The notes: generated from the letters alone by a model not told the origin. A DNA stretch of 53,963 nt from Candidatus Woesearchaeota archaeon (GCA_046543005.1 JBKHAG010000003.1:1-53963); one strand, 5' to 3'. Shown: positions 35,768 through 45,792, counted from the stretch's first letter. Made by a program: numbers and translations.

Positions 35768-36322
35768 ATGATAGCGTATCAAAAAATAATTAACACCTAT
35801 TTCAAACCAGGATCCTTAGCTCACAAAATATATATGAATCACGTTACATTAGTTACTAAAAAAGCCTTAGAAGTCGCCAAACGAGTTCCAGAACTAGATC
35901 CTAATATAGAATTTATTGAGGAAGCAGCGATGCTTCACGACATAGGTATTTGTAAAGTGAATGCACCAGGACTGGGTTGTTTTGGAAAAGCGCCATATAT
36001 TCAACACACCATTTTAGGAAAAGAAATTTTAGAAAAAGAAGGTTTATTTAAACATGCTCATATTTGTGTTCATCACAATATTGGCCTTTCAAAAAAAAGA
36101 ATTATTCAAGCAAATCTTCCTCTTCCCCATAAAGATATGATTCCTGCGACTATTGAAGAAGAAATTATTTGTTTTGCAGATAAATTTTTTACAAAAATGC
36201 CAAATAGAAAAAATCCTGAAATGAGCATAAAAGAAATAAAAGAAAAAATAAAAAATCACCATCCAAAAAATGTAATTATATTTGAACATATGTGTAAAAA
36301 ATTTAAAGAACCAAACACATAA
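35768..36322 (+). CDS. HD-domain phosphohydrolase
   Basis: AAMLHDIG (HD motif) and a second His cluster CVHHNIG. About 185 aa from ATG 35768. Confidence 0.7.
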   Translation: MIAYQKIINTYFKPGSLAHKIYMNHVTLVTKKALEVAKRVPELDPNIEFIEEAAMLHDIGICKVNAPGLGCFGKAPYIQHTILGKEILEKEGLFKHAHICVHHNIGLSKKRIIQANLPLPHKDMIPATIEEEIICFADKFFTKMPNRKNPEMSIKEIKEKIKNHHPKNVIIFEHMCKKFKEPNT

Positions 36323-36375
36323 AAATAAAGCAACACCAACAAAAAAAGTAAAATAGAAAAATAACGAGTGAAATT

Positions 36376-37590
36376 ATGATTATAGGAATTGTAGGAAAAC
36401 CAAGTGTTGGAAAAAGCACCTTTTTCAAAGCGGCAACGCTTTCTGAAGTAGATATTGCAAATTATCCGTTTACAACAATTAAACCAAACCACGCAGTTGG
36501 TTTTGTAAAAATTACTGATGTTGCTCAGCTTGAGCCGTATAATAAACGAGCAAATCCTCGAGCAGGATATGTTAAGGGTCCTTGGCGATTTGTTCCTATT
36601 GATTTAGTTGATGTTGCAGGTCTTGTTCCTGGAGCACATAAAGGCGAAGGAATGGGCGGTTCTTTTCTTAATGACCTTAATCAAGCAAATGCTCTTATTC
36701 ACGTTATTGACGTTAGTGGCAGCGTTAATGAAAAGGGAGAAGCAGTAACTCCTGGAAGTTATGATCCTGCAAAAGATATTGCTTTTTTAGAAGAAGAATT
36801 AGATCATTGGTACGCAAGCATTTTGCAAACTGGTTGGATGAAATTTGTTCGAGTTCTTGAACAAGAAAAAGCCGATGTTGCAAAAGCAATAACTAAACAA
36901 ATGAGTGGCGTGGGCGTTAGTGAAGACATTGCTAAAACTGTTTTAAAAAACTTAAACCTATTAGAAAAATCTGCAAAAGATTGGGATGAAAAACAACGCT
37001 TCGCTCTCGCAGGAGAGTTACGAAAAAAAACAAAACCAATAGTTATTGCAGCAAATAAAGCAGATCATCCCAAAGGTCAAAAAAATATAAAACGCTTACA
37101 AGAAGAATTTCCCCAGTATAGTATAATTCCTACCAGTGCAGAGTCAGAGCTTGCTCTTCGAGAAGCAGAAAAAAAAGAATTAATAGAATATATTTCTGGT
37201 GAAAAAAAACTTATCATTACTGCAAAAGGTAAAAAAGAGTTATCCGAGCAACAACAAAAAGCACTCGAGTTCATTCAAGAGCATATTTTAAAAACGTATG
37301 AACAAGGAACAGGTATTCAAGCAGTTCTTAATAATGTAGTTTTTGATATTCTAAAAAGAAAGGCAATTCACCCAGGAGGTGTTGGAAAGCTCGAAGATAA
37401 AGACGGTAATACACTGCCTGATTGTTTTTTAATGAAACAAGACGCAACAGCTCTTAATTTTGCCTACACACTCCACAGCGATTTTGGAGATAATTTTGTA
37501 AAAGCAATTGATGTGAAAAAAAATATTCCTATTGGAAAAGATACTGTGCTTAATCATCTAGATATTATTGAAATTAAATCGACAAAATAA
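36376..37590 (+). CDS. Obg-like GTPase/ATPase, YchF/Ygr210 subfamily with C-terminal TGS domain
   Basis: G1 GKPSVGKST, G2 YPFTTI, G3 DVAGLV, NKAD, and a C-terminal TGS-like region (DATALNFAYTLHSDFGDNFVKAID). Confidence 0.85.
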   Translation: MIIGIVGKPSVGKSTFFKAATLSEVDIANYPFTTIKPNHAVGFVKITDVAQLEPYNKRANPRAGYVKGPWRFVPIDLVDVAGLVPGAHKGEGMGGSFLNDLNQANALIHVIDVSGSVNEKGEAVTPGSYDPAKDIAFLEEELDHWYASILQTGWMKFVRVLEQEKADVAKAITKQMSGVGVSEDIAKTVLKNLNLLEKSAKDWDEKQRFALAGELRKKTKPIVIAANKADHPKGQKNIKRLQEEFPQYSIIPTSAESELALREAEKKELIEYISGEKKLIITAKGKKELSEQQQKALEFIQEHILKTYEQGTGIQAVLNNVVFDILKRKAIHPGGVGKLEDKDGNTLPDCFLMKQDATALNFAYTLHSDFGDNFVKAIDVKKNIPIGKDTVLNHLDIIEIKSTK

Positions 37591-37695
37591 TTTTGAAGAT
37601 TAAACAATTGTATTACTTAAAATGATCAGAATAAAAAATACGAATGTAATTAAACATTTAGAAAAAATAATTTAAAAAAGAAAAGTAAAAATAAT

Positions 37696-38181
37696 TTATT
37701 TTCTAGCAACACCATAGTGTTGTAAAAGTGCTTTATAGCGGTCAAAATCTTCTGAACGACGAAACGCTTCAATTTGTTCAGGAGGAAGTTTACTTAACCA
37801 TTTATGCATTGCTTTTAGCACTTCTTTTGTTTCCTCTTGAACTAAAGACTCTTTATGTTCTACTGTTGCAGAGATATCTTCTTGAGAAATTTCTTCAATA
37901 TCTTCATCGTCAACAGACTTTTTTGAAGAACTAAATAATTTTTGAAAGAATCGAGCCATAAGATTTTGTTTTTTATTTTCTAAAGTTTCAACTTCTTCGT
38001 CAAGGTTTTGGACTTCTTCTTCTATAGATTCTAATTCGTCATATGTTTGAGGATCAGAAACGTGTGCTTCTTGAATTTCTTCTTCCATTAACTCAGCAGT
38101 TTTTGATTTCTTTTTGAATAAAAAGCCAAAAAAAGAGACTTTCTTATTATCATCATAAACGGTTGAACTTGTCACACTCAC
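37696..38181 (-). CDS. Hypothetical acidic coiled-coil protein
   Basis: The ORF is open. The track start is GTG with no SD. The frame stays open a further 46 codons upstream to a stop at 38321-38323, and GGGTGG is followed by in-frame ATT ATT (38313/38310), so the true N-terminus is unresolved. Confidence 0.4.
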   Translation of the reverse strand: MSVTSSTVYDDNKKVSFFGFLFKKKSKTAELMEEEIQEAHVSDPQTYDELESIEEEVQNLDEEVETLENKKQNLMARFFQKLFSSSKKSVDDEDIEEISQEDISATVEHKESLVQEETKEVLKAMHKWLSKLPPEQIEAFRRSEDFDRYKALLQHYGVARK

Positions 38182-38382
38182 ATCTGGAACACGTTGAGGT
38201 TCTTCTGATTTTGAGAAAAATGTTTTTGGAAAAAATGAACGTGAATTCCTTCCTTTTCGTTGCGCAATGTATGCGTCTAAATCGTTGTTGAAATCGTTTT
38301 TTCTTGCAATAATAAACCACCCTTAATGTGTATATGAAAAACCAACACGTTATAATTTATAAGTCTTTTGCAAAGAAAAAGG

Positions 38383-38536
38383 TGGGGACGCTGGGATTCG
38401 AACCCAGATCAACAGGTCTCTTCCTTAAAGCGAAAAACTTCAACAGACCTTTGGCCTAATCATTGCCATAGAAATTCTATAGCTCATCGCTCCAAAACTG
38501 GAGCCCATTATTCTAGCCAGGTTATACTACGCCCCC
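38383..38536 (-). tRNA. tRNA-Trp(CCA) with 80-nt canonical (37/38) intron at 38418-38497
   Basis: Minus strand reads GGGGGCG TA GTAT AACCTGGCTA GAAT A ATGGG CTCCAG[80 nt]A CCTGT TGAT CTGGG TTCGAAT CCCAG CGTCCCC A. Anticodon is at 38499-38501. The BHB has central helix CTCC/GAAG (1 mismatch), bulges AG|T and AG|A, and a 9-bp inner helix TTTGGAGCG/CGCTTTAAG. The D-stem is weak (an A.A mismatch plus 2 G:U). Confidence 0.8.
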
Positions 38537-38561
38537 GATAGAGAAAACAAACTATAAAGAG

Positions 38562-38570
38562 TTTATAAAA
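38562..38570 (-). promoter_or_regulatory. TATA-box-like element upstream of tRNA-Trp
   Basis: TTTTATAAA on the minus strand lies about 25 nt upstream of tRNA position 1. Confidence 0.4.
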
Positions 38571-38583
38571 GCTTTGATTCATA

Positions 38584-39087
38584 TTAATTAGAAAATTGAT
38601 AAGAAGATAATTGCTCTTTTAATTGTTTACGAGCGTGAAAAATTCTTGATTTTAAAGTCCCCAAGGGAATACCTATATCTTTGGATATTTTGGCATATGA
38701 ATACCCTTGAATAAATTTTTCAAAAGGTTCTTTATATAATGAAGACAAAGAATTTATTTCTCTATTAATATCTTCTTGAACAAATAAATCAGTAGCAGTT
38801 TTTGTATGCGCAAGAGCAGTTGATTCTGAAGAATCAAATGTTGCTTGAAATACAACTTTTTGGGATCGGCGATACTCATTTATGAAAGTGTTATACATTA
38901 TGGTCTTAGACCATGCTAAAACACTTTTGTTATAGGTATACGTATTTTTTTTCTCTAATGCCTTTAGAATAGTTTCTTGACGAAGATCTTTTGCCCGTTG
39001 ATCATTATTATTTGTTAAATGTAAAGCAAAAGCATATAATTTTTCTTGAGAAGCAATAAGTTCGTCAATAACTGTATCTTGATTCAA
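38584..39087 (-). CDS. ECF-type sigma-70 family protein
   Basis: Region 2 (RAKDLRQETILKALE..VLAWSKTIMYNTFINEYRR) and region 4 HTH (GYSYAKISKDIGIPLGTLKSRIFHARKQLKEQL) are both present. The track N-terminus (to 39195) is an alternate frame of the upstream Lys-rich tail. The likely start is TTG at 39087, 5 nt after AAGGTGA and 22 nt after the upstream stop. Confidence 0.8.
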   Translation of the reverse strand: MNQDTVIDELIASQEKLYAFALHLTNNNDQRAKDLRQETILKALEKKNTYTYNKSVLAWSKTIMYNTFINEYRRSQKVVFQATFDSSESTALAHTKTATDLFVQEDINREINSLSSLYKEPFEKFIQGYSYAKISKDIGIPLGTLKSRIFHARKQLKEQLSSYQFSN

Positions 39088-39109
39088 AATAATCACCTTA
39101 TAAAAATAA

Positions 39110-41770
39110 TTATCTTCGTTTTTTAGTTGTTTTTTTTGAAGACGGTTTTTTTGTTGTGCGTTTTTTAGAAGACTTTTTGGTTGTTTTTTTAGCAACTTTT
39201 TTAGTAGTTTTCTTTTTTGATGATTTTTTCTTTGAAGACCTTTTAGGTTTTTTCTTAACAGGTATTTTTTTCTTTGAAGATGTTTTCTTCGTTGAGGAAG
39301 TTAAGGATAATGACTTAGGTTTAGACGCTTTTTTTGATACTACTTTTTTTACACTGCTCTTTTTTTGTTGAGTTGATTTTTTTTGTCGAAGGGAAAAAAG
39401 TAACCAAGCCATCATAGCTGTAAGTAGGAATAATCCCCAATTAATATAACCACAAGCAAGATCAAAAAATTCTATTGGAGTGTAATCTTCAACAGGCATA
39501 ACGTCAACTACAATTACATCGCTTTGCGCAGTGCTATTATATGAGTCTGTTGCAGTCATTTCAATGGTTGTTGAGCCTGACCAATCTTGGGCAGATACTA
39601 ATTTTAAAATGTGGTCTTGAGTAAAAAGCTCATACTGTAATTCAGATTCATTAATTGAAGTTACATTGTAAGAAACAATATCATCGTCTGGATCTGCGAA
39701 AAAATTCGTTAAATCAAAGGTGCGAGCTCTATCTTCTTCTAAAATAATATGTCGCGTTGAATTTGTTTGAGTATCGTATGTTGTGTAAAAGGTATCTCTT
39801 GTTGGGATTCCTTGAGTATAGAGTAAAGCTGCTGCACTAAGAAAAATAAGTGCTAAAAGCACAAGCCCTAATACTTTTCGTCCAACGAATTTTCTTCCTT
39901 GACTTGCTCGAATAATAAGTACGATAAGTGCAACCAGAAATAAAGCGCTTAATCCCATTGCAATTTTTCGACAAGTTGATTGCTCCATAAACCAGTTGTA
40001 CGCATTTACGTGCCAAGGATGATCTTGTTTTAATACAATAGATAAGGATTTGCTGATTTGTACGCCTGAATAGTCTTGAGTAAAAACTAAAGTTGGTTGA
40101 CTGACTAAATCTTCTGAAGCGTTAATCATACTAAAATCTTGAGTAAGCGTGTCTTGATTGACATCAAAAATAATTTGTGTAGATTCACTTTTTCCTAATG
40201 CGATTTGAGAAGTGTTTTCTAAGGACAAATAAGGAGTTAGATTTTGCACCGCAACATCGTATACACCATATCGAAGACCATCATTTTTTACAGTAAAAAC
40301 GAGTTGTTCTGTACTCATATGTTTTGTTCTTGAAGAGGGTGTGACAGTTAGAGAGTCACAATCTTTTACAGGTTCTACTTTGAATACTGCTGTATTTACA
40401 TCAACAATATTTCCTGCCCTGTATGTTTCTATAGTCACTTCATGACTTGTTGTTTTATTAGGGTTTGGAAGTGTGTAAAGTAACTCAATATCTTGTTCGT
40501 CGTGAGCACCAACATGAATGCTTGTTTGATTTAATTCAAAAAATTCAGGCGCGTAAAGAACAAAACCAACATCTGTTTCCCTAACACCATCATTTTTTAC
40601 AGTAAATCGTTGATTACCTGTATCAAGTCCGCATCGAGAAAATTTTTCGTGTGGTGCGTAATTATATGTTGAAAGTTCATAACAATTAAGTAAACTAGCA
40701 TTAATTGATAGTTCTTTTACAATGTCGCCATTTTGTGAAATTGCTTCTACATTAATTGTATACTCTCCTTCTTTTGAAGGCTTTACAGCTTCAACGGTTA
40801 CAGGTATAGTTACTGATTTGCCAGCTTCTAAGGTTATGTGAGGAGAAGGTTCACCTTCAATTTCTGGGTAAGTTGCGTGTACAAAAGAAGGTGCATCTAT
40901 ATCTATAGTGTATGTTTCAGTAAAGTTATTATCGTTTTGTAAAAAGAGAGGAAATTCTAATCCATCTCGAACACAAGAAGATATATTTTGAGGTCCTAAA
41001 AGCGAGAAAGGATACTCTTGAGGAATATTAAGTTGTTGTGTGAGTTGCGCTTTAAGTTGGGAACCTTGTGCTTGAACATCATATGCTAATTCATGCTCGC
41101 CGTACACATCACAAGGTAAATTATAATGCACATATACATTTGCTTTACTTCCTGAAGGAATAATAATTGAATCTGATGAAAGAGTTGCGTAATCTTCAAA
41201 TTTTTCTACATCTATAGTGTATTCTTCAGTGAATAATCCAACGTTGTGAATTTGAAAAGAAGTTGAGAACGGCTCACATACTTCTTGAGTAAGCGTTGTG
41301 TTGTATAAACCTGTTACGAGGTTTTGACACGTTTTAAAATTAAGTTCTTGAGTAAGTACTTGAGTGTCACCATATACAGATGTTATTTGAATATCAAGGT
41401 CTTGACTACCTGAAACACCACAAGGTGCATTAATGTATAAAAGGATTTCTTCAGATGCTCCTGGAGCGATGTCTACTTCTGTTGTTGAAAGTACTACATA
41501 GTCTTTATTTGTTTGAATAGAATACTGGGAAGTGTATGAACCTGTATTGGTGATTTGAATAGAATCAGTCATAGTTGCACAAGTACAAAGTTCAAAACCA
41601 CTATAAGGAGAACTAACACTAAATCCTTTGTTCATATCAATAAGAGTCACATGAATACTTGTAGAATTATCAACTGAGTAAGCACCTTCTTGAGCAAATT
41701 CTGCTGATGTGAAGGGTAATGTGATTGCAAGGAGTGCAATAAGTGCAAGTATCATCCATATTTTTTTCAT
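39110..41770 (-). CDS. Large surface protein: signal peptide, repeated Cys-bracketed beta-sandwich-like modules, three TM segments, Lys-rich cytoplasmic tail
   Basis: N-terminal signal MKKIWMILALIALLAITLPFTSA. Repeated approximately 95-aa modules (C..ITNTG..Y.I......L....I.PG.....Y...PC). TMs are near residues 605, 640 and 765. The final 90 aa are a K/S/T-rich tail. Confidence 0.6.
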   Translation of the reverse strand: MKKIWMILALIALLAITLPFTSAEFAQEGAYSVDNSTSIHVTLIDMNKGFSVSSPYSGFELCTCATMTDSIQITNTGSYTSQYSIQTNKDYVVLSTTEVDIAPGASEEILLYINAPCGVSGSQDLDIQITSVYGDTQVLTQELNFKTCQNLVTGLYNTTLTQEVCEPFSTSFQIHNVGLFTEEYTIDVEKFEDYATLSSDSIIIPSGSKANVYVHYNLPCDVYGEHELAYDVQAQGSQLKAQLTQQLNIPQEYPFSLLGPQNISSCVRDGLEFPLFLQNDNNFTETYTIDIDAPSFVHATYPEIEGEPSPHITLEAGKSVTIPVTVEAVKPSKEGEYTINVEAISQNGDIVKELSINASLLNCYELSTYNYAPHEKFSRCGLDTGNQRFTVKNDGVRETDVGFVLYAPEFFELNQTSIHVGAHDEQDIELLYTLPNPNKTTSHEVTIETYRAGNIVDVNTAVFKVEPVKDCDSLTVTPSSRTKHMSTEQLVFTVKNDGLRYGVYDVAVQNLTPYLSLENTSQIALGKSESTQIIFDVNQDTLTQDFSMINASEDLVSQPTLVFTQDYSGVQISKSLSIVLKQDHPWHVNAYNWFMEQSTCRKIAMGLSALFLVALIVLIIRASQGRKFVGRKVLGLVLLALIFLSAAALLYTQGIPTRDTFYTTYDTQTNSTRHIILEEDRARTFDLTNFFADPDDDIVSYNVTSINESELQYELFTQDHILKLVSAQDWSGSTTIEMTATDSYNSTAQSDVIVVDVMPVEDYTPIEFFDLACGYINWGLFLLTAMMAWLLFSLRQKKSTQQKKSSVKKVVSKKASKPKSLSLTSSTKKTSSKKKIPVKKKPKRSSKKKSSKKKTTKKVAKKTTKKSSKKRTTKKPSSKKTTKKRR

Positions 41771-41910
41771 TGTGATATCCTCAATTTTTTACTTGTTTGT
41801 TTTTATTAATAGGTAATGTGATTGTGTGAATTATTAGGAATATGATGTTTAAGTATATTTGGATAATGAAAAATAAAAATTAAAAAAAAAAGAAAAGTTT
41901 AGACATACAT

Positions 41911-43194
41911 TTAGTAGTATGTTTTGTCTTCGTCGTCTTCGTCGTCTTCAGAGCCTTTTAGTTTGTTAAAACCAACTACAAGACCAACAATAATTAAAAC
42001 GATTACTAAAACGATAAGTCCAATTTCTAAAACTTTTTTTAAGCCATCCCAACCAGATGCGCTATCTGCTTCTACAACGGATGCTGTTAAAGGAATATTT
42101 TTACTTTCAGTACCATCGTCGATGGATAATTGGAAGTATTTTTCTCCAACAGATGCTTCGTCATCAGCAGTTACATACATGTAAGCGGTTGCTGTGCTTT
42201 GTGCAGGAACTACTACAGATGCACTAGGGTCGATTCGGTATGTTCCCCATGCGTCCATTCCAGATACTGCAATTGCATATGTTTTATCAGAGTTTGCGTC
42301 GTTTGCAATAGTGATAGGATATACTGCACCATTTCCTTGAACTTCAACTGATTGTGAAGTAGGAATGGTTACCTGTGTTGTTTCTTGTGCACTATTTGAC
42401 TCAACATCTCCAAGAACAGTTACGGTTGAAGTATGTGTGGTTGTTTCGTATTCATCGAATTTTACGGTGTATACAATATCATATACTCCAGCTTGTGCGT
42501 CGCTTGGGAATCGAAGGATGATTTTTTCGAATGTTTCAGCTTCGTCAGCTTCTAATTCGTCAAGAGTTTCTGTATCTCGAATGTTAAGTTCAGGTACATC
42601 AACGCTAAGAGTTACAGAATCTAAATCGTAATCTCCCATGTTTTTTATCTTAACTAAAGCACTAAGTGCTCGTCCAGGTAAAACTTCGTCTGCTGGGCTT
42701 AAGTATGCTTCTTTGATAACAACTGCATCATCAGCTTCTACACCTTGAACGTCAAGGTTATATTCCATTGTATAGGAAACGCTGTTTTTGTCAGTTACGA
42801 AAATTCGAAGTTTGTAATCTTCTCGATCCATATTCATTGGAATTTCCAAGTCAAGATCTACACTTCGTGTTCGGTCTGCTTCCAGATCAAAAACGTTAGA
42901 TGTTTGGATTACACTTTCTGTTTCGTACTGGCTGTATTGGTATCCAAAAATACCTGCAGTAACTTGAACATCTTCTACATCCGCAAGAGCGTTTACACGC
43001 ACACGGATAGGCAATTCTTCGCCTCGTTTAACTTCGAGAACATAATTGCTTTGGTTGTATGGGTCTAATTGTTCGCCATCGATTTTCAAGTAATCTACTT
43101 GTAAGTCGTTGGTTGCACTAACTAAACTCATTGGTACAATGGTTAATGCAAGTAATGCCACCATTAATACTCCGAAAAATTTATTTGAAACCAT
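41911..43194 (-). CDS. S-layer/CARDB-like surface protein with C-terminal TM anchor and acidic tail
   Basis: Signal peptide, acidic beta-rich repeats (VKIKNMGDYDLDSVTLSVDVPEL), a C-terminal TM (IGLIVLVIVLIIVGLVVGF) and the tail EDDEDDEDKTYY. Confidence 0.55.
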   Translation of the reverse strand: MVSNKFFGVLMVALLALTIVPMSLVSATNDLQVDYLKIDGEQLDPYNQSNYVLEVKRGEELPIRVRVNALADVEDVQVTAGIFGYQYSQYETESVIQTSNVFDLEADRTRSVDLDLEIPMNMDREDYKLRIFVTDKNSVSYTMEYNLDVQGVEADDAVVIKEAYLSPADEVLPGRALSALVKIKNMGDYDLDSVTLSVDVPELNIRDTETLDELEADEAETFEKIILRFPSDAQAGVYDIVYTVKFDEYETTTHTSTVTVLGDVESNSAQETTQVTIPTSQSVEVQGNGAVYPITIANDANSDKTYAIAVSGMDAWGTYRIDPSASVVVPAQSTATAYMYVTADDEASVGEKYFQLSIDDGTESKNIPLTASVVEADSASGWDGLKKVLEIGLIVLVIVLIIVGLVVGFNKLKGSEDDEDDEDKTYY

Positions 43195-43308
43195 TTTTTT
43201 AAAACCCCCATTTGTATAGGTGTTGATATTGTGATATAATCACAAAAACACAACTCCTATTTAAATGTTTCTGTTTTGTAACTATTATTGAGTAATTACA
43301 AAACACCT

Positions 43309-45792
43309 TTAGGCAGTCACCTCAAGGTATCCTGCTTTTACTCGCCGAATTTCATTGTCTGAGAACTCAATATAAGGATAATATACTCCTTCTTCTACGT
43401 ACTCAGGAACGAAACCGTGAATTTGTATTGTTGTTCGTTCTCCATCTTCAAGGCTAACGGCAGAACTTTTCATTCGTACGCCAAATTCTGGAAGAGTGAA
43501 GCTCATTCGAATTCCATCAAGATCAATTCCAGCATAATTTTCAATATCTGCTTGAATTATAATGGATTCTCCTGCCCGTGCTTTTTCAAAATCATGCCCG
43601 TAAACCCCAAATGATCGGATTTTAAGACCTGATTCTGGGCCAAAAGCATAAGCCTCAGATTCTTCCTTAGGAAGAACGGTAATTGGTTGGACCGCAATAG
43701 CATTATTGCCATTAGAATCTACAACCACTAAAACAAGGAAGTAATTTCCTTCTTGTGTAAATGTATGTTGTGCGGACATGCTTGTTGCTGTTGCAAGAGG
43801 AACTTGCGCAGCATCAGTTACAGTCCATTGATAAGAAGCAATATCCACGTTAGGAAAAGGCGAATAACTTTGTGAGCCATCCATAACAAATTCTTCTCCA
43901 ACGTATGCTACGGTAGGTGCATCAATAACTGCGACTGGATTTGCACTATCAACTACTTCAATATTAAGCCAAGCATCGCTTGCCCATTGACCATCGTAAG
44001 CAATTACTCGCACACTTGTTTGACCAACTGCGTTAAGATCTGCAGCTACATCGTCTCCTTGTAAATACGCTTCTAAAACTGACGAATCAGTAAATCCTGT
44101 ATCAAGGAAAAAGGTAATTTGATCACCGTCTGCATCAAGAACATGAGTTGGCAAATTATCAACTACTGTTACGTTTCCTTGAGAGAGGGGAAATGTGTAA
44201 TTTGAATTAAGTAACAATTCAGGTGCGGAATTTGATGCGCTTGAATTATACACTAATACTGTAAGTGTTTGCGTAACAGAGAGTTCTCCATCATAGGCGA
44301 TTGCGTCAACAGTTGTAAGACCTACACCTTCTAAACCACACTCCACTTCGTTGCTGTTTGTTAATGAACAATCAATTACAGACGCATCGGTAAATCCATC
44401 ATCTACAAAATACATCATGTTGTCGCCGTCCATGTCATGTGTAACATCATCAAGATCAACAAGATCTACAGGACTTTGTTGGTTAATATCAAACATGTAA
44501 AATTGTGTTAAGTTTACAAATTCTGGTGCGTTATTTGTGGTGTTTTCATCATATACCAAAATATAGATATATACAGATGTAGTATCCACTCCATCAGTTG
44601 CGCTTATCTCTACTGGTGCAAGACCAACAGACTGTAAGTCGCAATCAATAACGCTTCCTGCTAAAGAACAATCTGCAACAGCAGAGTTTCCATTAACTAA
44701 AGAGTAAGATAATTGATTACCATCTACATCATATGCAACATCATCTAAATCTACAACGTCAACAGATCCTAATTGTAAAGGATAGGAGTAAAATTGACTC
44801 ATGTTAAATTCTGGTGCGTTATTTAGTGAATCATCAGTAACTTGCACAGTTATAGTAATTGAGGTTTGGTCAATACCATCAGATGCAATAACATCAAAAG
44901 TTGTTTGACCAACACCTGTTAAGTCTGCGTGAAGTGTTGAACCTGTAAGACTTGCAACTAAAACATCCGCATCAGTTGATGTTTGATCAAGTGAAAATGT
45001 AATAGCGTCACCGTCTGCATCACTTACAACATTGTCTAAATCAACCATATCTACTTCATCAGCTGATAAAGGATAGGAGTAAAATAGTTGCATTGCACTG
45101 TCAAATTCTGGTGCGTTGTTTGTTGAAGGTGTTACTTGTACTGTGATTGTTGCACTTGTTTGTGCTTGACCATCTGATGCGATAACATCAAACGTTGTTT
45201 GGCCAACACTTTGTAAATCACATTGTACTTCAGATCCTGCTAAGGAACATGTTGCAACGTCAGGATTTGATCCTGCAGTGATATCATATGTTAGTGCGTC
45301 ATCATTTTCATCAAAAGCAACACTGTCTAAATCAACAAGTGTTACTGGTGAAGGTGTTGATAAGGGATAAGAATAAGATAAATTTAATCCGTTAAAAACA
45401 GGTGCAGTGTTTACTACACTAAGTTCAAGCGTATCTACACTTTGTGATCCCGTCTCTAAATTTTGGGCAAGACCATGGATGATGTAATTCCCGTCAAGAC
45501 CTTGTGTTGAAAAAGAATCAAAAGTAAAATCAATTCCGCCAACATCAGTAGATTGCACTAAAGTTTCAACTACTTGATAATCTTGCGTGTAAAGTGTAAT
45601 TGTTGAAGATACATTATATGAGCCAAATTCAAAGCTCGTGTATTCGTAAGCAACATCAGTTCCACGAGGCACAGATTGCGCCGCAGAACTTCCCCCTTCA
45701 TATTGAAGAGTCATAAGAACAGCAGAAACTGAACTTAATGTTACTATACCTAATACAAAGACGATTGCCATGAGTAAAGGTAATTTTTTCAT
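43309..45792 (-). CDS. Secreted adhesin-like protein: five cadherin-like repeats + PKD-like domain + C-terminal beta domain
   Basis: Signal peptide. Five approximately 97-aa repeats start NNAPEF..FYSYPL..VDLD.V..D.DGD. The DNA period is about 290 bp (AATTCTGGTGCGTT at 44520, 44808, 45105). A PKD-like segment (MDGSQSYSP..YQWTV..GNYFLVLVVVDSNGN) follows. Confidence 0.65.
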   Translation of the reverse strand: MKKLPLLMAIVFVLGIVTLSSVSAVLMTLQYEGGSSAAQSVPRGTDVAYEYTSFEFGSYNVSSTITLYTQDYQVVETLVQSTDVGGIDFTFDSFSTQGLDGNYIIHGLAQNLETGSQSVDTLELSVVNTAPVFNGLNLSYSYPLSTPSPVTLVDLDSVAFDENDDALTYDITAGSNPDVATCSLAGSEVQCDLQSVGQTTFDVIASDGQAQTSATITVQVTPSTNNAPEFDSAMQLFYSYPLSADEVDMVDLDNVVSDADGDAITFSLDQTSTDADVLVASLTGSTLHADLTGVGQTTFDVIASDGIDQTSITITVQVTDDSLNNAPEFNMSQFYSYPLQLGSVDVVDLDDVAYDVDGNQLSYSLVNGNSAVADCSLAGSVIDCDLQSVGLAPVEISATDGVDTTSVYIYILVYDENTTNNAPEFVNLTQFYMFDINQQSPVDLVDLDDVTHDMDGDNMMYFVDDGFTDASVIDCSLTNSNEVECGLEGVGLTTVDAIAYDGELSVTQTLTVLVYNSSASNSAPELLLNSNYTFPLSQGNVTVVDNLPTHVLDADGDQITFFLDTGFTDSSVLEAYLQGDDVAADLNAVGQTSVRVIAYDGQWASDAWLNIEVVDSANPVAVIDAPTVAYVGEEFVMDGSQSYSPFPNVDIASYQWTVTDAAQVPLATATSMSAQHTFTQEGNYFLVLVVVDSNGNNAIAVQPITVLPKEESEAYAFGPESGLKIRSFGVYGHDFEKARAGESIIIQADIENYAGIDLDGIRMSFTLPEFGVRMKSSAVSLEDGERTTIQIHGFVPEYVEEGVYYPYIEFSDNEIRRVKAGYLEVTA

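Noticed and set aside
38383-38536. Alternative reading of this tRNA as Asn(GTT), using AAGGT-CTGTTGA-ACCTG with two non-canonical introns.
   Set aside because: That reading requires a 27:43 mismatch, G37 in an ANN-decoding tRNA, and an extra intron at 26/27. The Trp(CCA) model gives a full 5-bp anticodon stem, the archaeal CUCCAG|A loop and a good canonical BHB.
39110-39195. Apparent 86-nt overlap of the sigma ORF with the 886-aa gene (MLKKQPKSLLKNAQQKNRLQKK...).
   Set aside because: This is an alternate reading frame of the Lys-rich tail. It has no ATG with an SD, whereas AAGGTGA plus TTG sits just after the upstream stop. ORF 39156..39371 on the plus strand is another frame artefact of the same low-complexity DNA.
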